In this document: positions 58,046-64,000 of the stretch, piece by piece
Layout of the letters: every line of letters starts with the position of its first letter
Position numbering within the stretch: the first letter of the stretch is position 1
Assembly: GCA_037138655.1 (NCBI GenBank)
Contig: JBAXHY010000001.1
Location: 6,221-70,220 of the forward strand
From: a bacterium
GTDB taxonomy: Bacteria; Patescibacteriota; Saccharimonadia; Saccharimonadales; SZUA-47
DNA length: 64,000 bases
Reading direction: 5' to 3'
Position numbers and translations under genes: made by a program
The notes under the pieces: model-generated
What the model was told of the DNA's origin: nothing
What the model saw: only the letters and a program-made list of their open reading frames with translations
Database searches by the model: none

Positions 58046-59415
58046 GATTTATTTTTCATTTTTAGCGATATCGCTGATTTAGCAACAGACACTTCGTCGT
58101 ATTCGCGTTTAAGTACACGTTGTTTATCTCCGTCGTTTTGCGGTAAATGTCTAAGTTCTGCGGCCTTTGGACCATTATACAAAATTGATTTTTCGTGACC
58201 TTTGCCAAGCAAAATAACCAAGTCACCTTTTTCTGCTAAATCAATTGCCTTTTTAACGGCTTCTTCTCTTTTTAAAATACTAAACAGGTCTTTATTCATT
58301 ATTTTTCCGGACTCTTGTGCACCATCACAAATCTGATCCAATATTTTTAGCCCATCTATGTCACGGTCATCTTCTTCTGTGGCAATTACAATATCGCACC
58401 ATTTACCGGCAATTTTACCTTGTTCAGAACGCTTAGCTTCGTCTCGTCTACCGGCGCTTCCAAATGCACATATTAATTTTCCTTGTGTTAGCTTTTTTAC
58501 TTCGGCTAAAATTTTATCAAAACTTTCGGGAGTGTGTGCGTAGTCTACTATAACGTCAAAGTCTTGACCCTCGTCTACCTTGGTCATTCTTCCTTCTACT
58601 TCGTGAAGACTAGCAATTCCGTTTTCTATTTGATCCTTACTAAGTCCAAGCGCCCTGCCCACGCCAAGTGCTGCCAAGCTGTTATATACGTTAAAACTAC
58701 CAGGCACATGACAGTCAATTTTATAATATGTATCACCTGTTCTAACGCTATAACTACTGCCCGCTGGAGTCATAAATATATCTGTTGCTAATAATTCACC
58801 CTGTTGAATACCGTAGGTAATAGAATTTTCTATGTCTTTTTTAAAATATTCTGCAACTTTATCGTCAGCATTTATTATTCCAATTCTTAAGCCGTTTTTG
58901 TTTTTATTAGTCTGTTTAAACAAAAGCCGTTTTGCGTCACGATATCGTTCAAAGGTTTTATGATAATCCAAATGTTCATGACCCAAATTAGTAAAAACTG
59001 CAATGCTATATGGCACGCCCCAAGTTCTGTGCTGCGCAAGTGCGTGCGAAGTAGTTTCTAAGATTAAATAATCTACTTTGTTGGCTTTGATTTTTTTAAT
59101 TTTTTGCAGTAAATCGCGTGAACCCATAGTAGTTAACCTGGTTGGATTTGCGATTTCGCCCCTTCCGTCACCATAATCAATACTAATAGTCGTCATCATA
59201 GCTACTTTAGAGCCGGATTCGCGCAACATTTGTGCTATTAAGGCACTCGTACTGGTTTTACCATCTGTACCGGTTACACCTATGACCTGAAGCCCTTTAG
59301 CAGGAAACCCCATAACCACGTTCCATACAACCGCTTCGGCCCAGTGCCCCGCCGGCTCTATGCTCATGAATAATTTTGTTGGTACAATTTTTTTGACCAC
59401 GTCGCGTAAACTCAT
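58042..59415 (-). CDS. murE: UDP-MurNAc-tripeptide synthetase
   Basis: GVTGTDGKTST, E..SHAL, TNL..EHLDYH, VDYAHTP and GKGHE motifs. Confidence 0.9.
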   Translation of the reverse strand: MSLRDVVKKIVPTKLFMSIEPAGHWAEAVVWNVVMGFPAKGLQVIGVTGTDGKTSTSALIAQMLRESGSKVAMMTTISIDYGDGRGEIANPTRLTTMGSRDLLQKIKKIKANKVDYLILETTSHALAQHRTWGVPYSIAVFTNLGHEHLDYHKTFERYRDAKRLLFKQTNKNKNGLRIGIINADDKVAEYFKKDIENSITYGIQQGELLATDIFMTPAGSSYSVRTGDTYYKIDCHVPGSFNVYNSLAALGVGRALGLSKDQIENGIASLHEVEGRMTKVDEGQDFDVIVDYAHTPESFDKILAEVKKLTQGKLICAFGSAGRRDEAKRSEQGKIAGKWCDIVIATEEDDRDIDGLKILDQICDGAQESGKIMNKDLFSILKREEAVKKAIDLAEKGDLVILLGKGHEKSILYNGPKAAELRHLPQNDGDKQRVLKREYDEVSVAKSAISLKMKNKS

Positions 59416-59511
59416 AAGTTACAGTATACTCAACTTGCTCAAAATGGCGCAGTCTTACTATTTTTAAAACTTAATTAAAGGCTTTCGCTTGCAGACACAT
59501 CTTGGACTTCT

Positions 59512-60366
59512 TTATCTAGTCCTAAAAATAAATCTTCTTGCTTGTTCTTTAACAATTTTAGCTATGCCTTCAGTGTCGTCAACGTGCATACCTAAGTATT
59601 TATTTTGTAATTCTTCTTGGCTTAAACCTTGCAATTCTGCATCGTCAATTTGTGTAAATTCTACAGAATCGGCTTTTTGTTCTGGAATATTAGTCTGCTC
59701 GGGCTTAACTACCGGTGGATATGTTCCGTAACTTTCCTCATTATCTTTAGTGTCTGTAATTTTTGGTTTTTCTGGTTCAGCGCTTTTGGCAATATCTTCT
59801 GTTACTGGAGTTGGTTCGGGTACTAGCATTTCGACTAATTTTTTACCCAAATTTGCTATTGGTTCTTTAAACGACACAACTTCTGGTTGTTTATTTAAGA
59901 TGTTAAGCTGAAGTTGTGCGTGTTGGCTTTTAGCAAATTTTTGAAAATCTGACAATAGCTTAACAACGTCAGAACCGCTTTGTTTTGCAGCGTATTTTTC
60001 TGAATCACGAACTGTCTGTACTAAGTTTGTCCAATTAGACTCGTCGCCCGATGATACTTTTTTAGACATTTCGTCATAAAGTTCTTCGATGCTTACCAAT
60101 GGCTTACCTTCGGCATTTAAATATTCTCTTACTTTTCTTTGTTTTGCAGATTTTGGAGGCTCTAGTATTGGTTCTTTAGTAGTTAGGTCTTTGGCATCTT
60201 CTGGCTTTACAGAAACTATATCGTTCGCCTTGTCAGAAAGCGTATGGTCTGGCAAAAGCAAGTGTTCGGCTGGTACACCTAATTCAACTAACATAGTGTC
60301 TAGTTGTTCTGGCGTTGCAGTCATTGCGTCTAATGTTTGTGTTGCTGGAACTGATTCGTTGTTCAT
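59512..60366 (-). CDS. Hypothetical protein (acidic orphan)
   Basis: AGGA before ATG 60366; TTGACA-N17-TATTAT promoter upstream. Confidence 0.65.
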   Translation of the reverse strand: MNNESVPATQTLDAMTATPEQLDTMLVELGVPAEHLLLPDHTLSDKANDIVSVKPEDAKDLTTKEPILEPPKSAKQRKVREYLNAEGKPLVSIEELYDEMSKKVSSGDESNWTNLVQTVRDSEKYAAKQSGSDVVKLLSDFQKFAKSQHAQLQLNILNKQPEVVSFKEPIANLGKKLVEMLVPEPTPVTEDIAKSAEPEKPKITDTKDNEESYGTYPPVVKPEQTNIPEQKADSVEFTQIDDAELQGLSQEELQNKYLGMHVDDTEGIAKIVKEQARRFIFRTR

Positions 60367-60519
60367 ATTTTTGTCCTGTTTATTTTTGCTTAAAAACTTA
60401 TTTATTTTATGTTTTAATAGGCTTATAATAGCAAAATACTTATGTTTTGTCAATATGTACTGAAGCTACTTTGTAGTTTACACAAATGAGTTTTTTACAA
60501 TATTTGGTAAACTAATACA

Positions 60520-61605
60520 ATGATAGTTCTTGGTATCGAATCTAGTTGCGACGAAACCGCGGCAGGAATTGTAAGTATTAGTGACGACTTAGTTTGTACT
60601 TTGCATGCTAACGCCGTTCTTACAAGCATGGATCTGCACGCCGCTTACGGTGGTGTAGTGCCCGAAATCGCCGCCCGCGAGCACATTAAATCCATCAACC
60701 CTGTAATCGAACAGGCTTTTACAGAAGCCGGCATGACATGGGACGACATAGACGCCATTGCCGTTACTAATGGCGCTGGGTTGGGCGGAAGCCTTTTGGT
60801 AGGTGTAATTACTGCTCGCACGTTAGCAATAATTAAAAACAAACCACTGTATGCCATAAACCATGTAGAAGCCCATGTGTACGCTAACTTCATTACAAAA
60901 ATAGGAGATATTAAACCTCTTACCCCCTATTTACTACCTCCCACATCCCCCGTGTTCCCTATGTTGGCGCTTATTGTTAGTGGTGGCCACAGTCAACTTG
61001 TATTGTTTAACGATCATTTTGACTACAAATTACTAGGTCAAACTCAAGATGATGCAATTGGCGAAGCTTTTGATAAAGTAGCAAAAATCCTTGGACTGTC
61101 CTACCCTGGTGGTCCAAGCGTGGGAACAAAAGCTTTAAAAGGTAATTCAAAAGCGTTTAGCCTGCCCAAAGCAAAAATGCCCAATAAATACGACTATAGT
61201 TTTTCTGGATTAAAAACAGCCGTTTTAAGGCAGGCCCAAGCGATGTGCGGTAAAGACTTCACTTTTCCTAGTTCTAGCCTTCCAGATGCACTTACAAGCG
61301 CGCAGAAGGCAGATATTGCTGCGGTGTTTCAGCGTATCGCCATAGAAACAGTGGTAGACAAAACAATAATGGCATATGAAGAATTTCAACCAGCAAGCGT
61401 CGTCATCGGGGGTGGCGTTAGTGCCAGCACCGAACTTAGGCGCCAATTGGCTGATCGATTACCAATTGAAATAAATTATACTGACCCAAAGTTATCAACC
61501 GACAACGGCGCCATGATAGCCACTCTCGGTGCATTTAAAGCAAAATTAGCCGCCCTACCAGCCGACCCATACAATTTAGACATAAACCCTAACCTGTCTA
61601 TGTAA
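60520..61605 (+). CDS. tsaD: tRNA N6-threonylcarbamoyladenosine transferase
   Basis: GIESSCDET, GGVVPE.A.R.H, HVEAH, SGGH, GEAFDK and DNGAMI motifs. Confidence 0.97.
   Translation: MIVLGIESSCDETAAGIVSISDDLVCTLHANAVLTSMDLHAAYGGVVPEIAAREHIKSINPVIEQAFTEAGMTWDDIDAIAVTNGAGLGGSLLVGVITARTLAIIKNKPLYAINHVEAHVYANFITKIGDIKPLTPYLLPPTSPVFPMLALIVSGGHSQLVLFNDHFDYKLLGQTQDDAIGEAFDKVAKILGLSYPGGPSVGTKALKGNSKAFSLPKAKMPNKYDYSFSGLKTAVLRQAQAMCGKDFTFPSSSLPDALTSAQKADIAAVFQRIAIETVVDKTIMAYEEFQPASVVIGGGVSASTELRRQLADRLPIEINYTDPKLSTDNGAMIATLGAFKAKLAALPADPYNLDINPNLSM
60915..60949 (+). repeat. Degenerate in-frame heptamer tract in tsaD
   Basis: ACCTCTT ACCCCCT ATTTACT ACCTCCC ACATCCC. Confidence 0.5.
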
Positions 61606-61905
61606 CTAAAGTTCGGGGTCTAATGGCATCGCCAATCGACCAATTTGTTCCCTGGTTAGCGGGTTGTCGCTTCTTAGCCCTACTGGCAGTTCAAGACACA
61701 TTTGTGCTAAATCTTGTAAGCCTTGTATGACGCTACTTGCTTCTTGGGGTGTAGATATACCAAATAACACCTTTAGGTGATCTGGTTCTTTGCCAAATTT
61801 TACGTGACCTTCAAAATAATCCAAAGCTGTGTCTGGACACATGCCGTATCTGGCAGGACAATCACTACAAGAATCGTTTACAATTCTCTGCTTTTCGTTT
61901 TTCAT
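61606..61905 (-). CDS. Small Cys-containing hypothetical protein
   Basis: CSDC......C cluster; TTGACA-N17-TATATT promoter upstream. Confidence 0.55.
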   Translation of the reverse strand: MKNEKQRIVNDSCSDCPARYGMCPDTALDYFEGHVKFGKEPDHLKVLFGISTPQEASSVIQGLQDLAQMCLELPVGLRSDNPLTREQIGRLAMPLDPEL

Positions 61906-62108
61906 TACTATCAATATACCATAAACGTTATGATATGTCAATATTGCTAACGCTTACCCTTCCCTGTTAATATTAATTCTGAAACAAATAGAGCGAATGA
62001 ACAAACCACGTAAACAATGTGGTTAGAACATTTTAAAGTAGTGGGACAAAAAGTAGAGATTAATTAGTGAGGGCTTTCACATGAAAGATCTTGTTTGTTG
62101 ATTTGTGC

Positions 62109-62124
62109 TTTTTCACGTGAAACA
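62109..62124. promoter_or_regulatory. parS-like palindrome
   Basis: TTTTTCACGTGAAACA matches the parS consensus TGTTTCACGTGAAACA at 15 of 16 positions. Confidence 0.55.
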
Positions 62125-62208
62125 CCACTGTTAGATACATGTATTACTTCCCTACTATTCTGGTATACTAAAGGGGAAGTTTTTTATTTTTTGAAGAAGG
62201 TGAATTTA

Positions 62209-64000
62209 ATGCAATTACCAAAAGTCTACGAGCCGAATCTTTACGAAAAAGATATTTACGAATTATGGGAAAAGTCAGAAGCTTTCACTCCTGTATTTAG
62301 GCATGGTAGCAAGAGTGCTTTTAGTACTGTAATGCCGCCGCCAAATGCAAACGCTAATCTTCATATTGGTCATGCGCTAAATTACGCCTTAATAGATATT
62401 TCGGCCCGTTATCACAGATTAAAAGGGGATTCGACTCTAGTTTTACCAGGCGCAGACCATGCAGGGTTCGAAACTCAAGTAGTTTACGAAAAACACTTAG
62501 CCAAAGAAGGCAAAAGTCGTTTTGACCTAAGCAGAGAAGATCTTTACGACGGCATATACAAGTTTGTGCAAGGAAATAAAGATAATTTTGAAGGACAACT
62601 GCGTAGCCTAGGGGTTAGTTGCGACTGGTCTAAATTTACATTTACTTTAGACGAACAGATTGTAAAAACATCATACATTACGTTTAAAAAAATGTGGGAT
62701 GATGGTCTTATTTACAGGGGTGAAAGACTAGTTAATTACTGCACAAACCACCGCACTAGTTTTGCAGATATCGAAGTCGTATACGAAGAAAAAACTAGTC
62801 CTTTGTATTACTTAAAGTACGGACCTTTTACGCTTGCTACAACAAGGCCTGAAACTAAATTTGGCGATACTGCGGTTGCAGTTCACCCAGACGACGAACG
62901 ATACAAACAATACGTTGGCAAAGTAATAACAGTAGAGGGAATTGACGGTCCTTTTGAACTGCGGGTAATTGCCGACGAAATGGTCGATCCACAGTTTGGA
63001 ACAGGGGCGGTAAAAATAACGCCAGCACACGACTTTAACGACTTTGAGGCCGGACAAAGACATAATCTTGAAGCTATTCGCGTTATTAATCATGACGGAA
63101 CGCTAAACCATTTAACTGGTAAGTTCGAAGGTATGACCGTAGCCGATGGACGAATAGCCGTTGCCGAAGAACTTAAAGCCAAAGGGCTACTAGAAAAAGT
63201 AGACGAAAACTACCAAAACAGGGTAGGGACATGCTATAAATGCGGAACCGTTATTGAACCAATGTTAATGGATCAGTGGTTTATAGACATGAAAAAGCTA
63301 GCCGAACCTGCCATTAAATCAATTAAATCATCTAAAATTACATTTTACCCTGCGTCTAAAAAAGAACAGGTAATTACCTACCTGCAAAACGTGCGCGACT
63401 GGAACATTAGTAGGCAAATTGCTTGGGGTATACCTATTCCCGCTTTTCAAAATATTAACGACAGCGACGATTGGATTTTTAACGAGTCTGTAGATCAAGA
63501 GATTATTCATTTAGACGGCAAAACATACCGTCGTGATTCAGACGTATTCGACACTTGGTTTAGTAGCGGGCAATGGCCTTTTGCTACCCTTCGCTACCCT
63601 GAACATTCAGATTTTACAGATTACTATCCTACAAGTTTAATGGAAACTGGCGTAGATATTTTGTACCAATGGGTGTCTAGAATGTTATGCCTAGGCCTGT
63701 ACGTTACCGGCAAACTACCGTTTAAAGATGTTTATTTGCACGGCATGGTCAGAAGCGAAGACGGACGCAAAATGAGTAAAAGCATTGGTAATGTTATTGA
63801 TCCTAAAGACGTTATAAGCTCACACGGTTCGGACGCACTTAGAATGGGTATTATAGCTGGCCGAAGTGCAGGGTACAGCGCGGCTTACGCACCAAGTAAA
63901 ATAGATGCTGGCAGAAATTTTGCCAACAAGCTTTGGAACATTGCTCGTTTTATATCTGACAAATTAGGCGAAGACACCAAAGCTTTAGACCTAAATCCTA
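62209..64000 (+). CDS. valS: Valine--tRNA ligase (truncated by the window end)
   Basis: Translated by hand: MQLPKVYEP..; PPPNANANLHIGHAL; GADHAG; TTRPET; DWNISRQ..WG; DTWFSS; KMSKS. Confidence 0.95.
   Translation, partial: MQLPKVYEPNLYEKDIYELWEKSEAFTPVFRHGSKSAFSTVMPPPNANANLHIGHALNYALIDISARYHRLKGDSTLVLPGADHAGFETQVVYEKHLAKEGKSRFDLSREDLYDGIYKFVQGNKDNFEGQLRSLGVSCDWSKFTFTLDEQIVKTSYITFKKMWDDGLIYRGERLVNYCTNHRTSFADIEVVYEEKTSPLYYLKYGPFTLATTRPETKFGDTAVAVHPDDERYKQYVGKVITVEGIDGPFELRVIADEMVDPQFGTGAVKITPAHDFNDFEAGQRHNLEAIRVINHDGTLNHLTGKFEGMTVADGRIAVAEELKAKGLLEKVDENYQNRVGTCYKCGTVIEPMLMDQWFIDMKKLAEPAIKSIKSSKITFYPASKKEQVITYLQNVRDWNISRQIAWGIPIPAFQNINDSDDWIFNESVDQEIIHLDGKTYRRDSDVFDTWFSSGQWPFATLRYPEHSDFTDYYPTSLMETGVDILYQWVSRMLCLGLYVTGKLPFKDVYLHGMVRSEDGRKMSKSIGNVIDPKDVISSHGSDALRMGIIAGRSAGYSAAYAPSKIDAGRNFANKLWNIARFISDKLGEDTKALDLNP

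Noticed and set aside
62100-62190. Canonical T-box riboswitch for valS
   Set aside because: No GGTGGNACC T-box sequence before the terminator and no standard specifier loop.
1334-63510. Numerous antisense ORFs in the track (e.g. 5696-6271, 24168-24749, 54399-54851, 62812-63093)
   Set aside because: They lie opposite well-supported genes and have no motifs.
1-64000. CRISPR array, prophage, transposase, rRNA
   Set aside because: No regularly spaced direct repeats or hallmark genes were seen by eye.

Overview
AT-rich bacterial chromosomal window. Most genes are on the minus strand. Gene content and protein style suggest a Patescibacteria/CPR genome, probably Saccharimonadia; this is an inference, not a database result. 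Housekeeping genes (efp, rpsF-ssb-rpsR, ftsK, rnj, pnp, rpsO, truB, rpsT, holA, mutM, polA, rpoD, dnaG, argS, groES/EL, murE, tsaD, valS, tRNA-Ser) are interleaved with orphan genes. There is also an ECF sigma/anti-sigma/PepSY module, isoprenoid genes and a CDP-archaeol-synthase-like lipid operon. No CRISPR array, transposase or prophage was seen. The strongest novel signal is a ~660-nt highly structured non-coding element upstream of groES (55849-56513). It has its own sigma70 promoter, a boxA-like antitermination site, a perfect 17-bp closing stem and an intrinsic terminator, so it is a candidate large ncRNA. Other notable items: in-frame heptanucleotide-repeat insertions in truB, mutM and tsaD; a PD-(D/E)XK-like orphan followed by a structured RNA; a perfect CIRCE over the promoter of a SnoaL-like gene; many apparently leaderless promoters; and several enzymes with altered catalytic motifs. 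All folds were read by eye and not computed.
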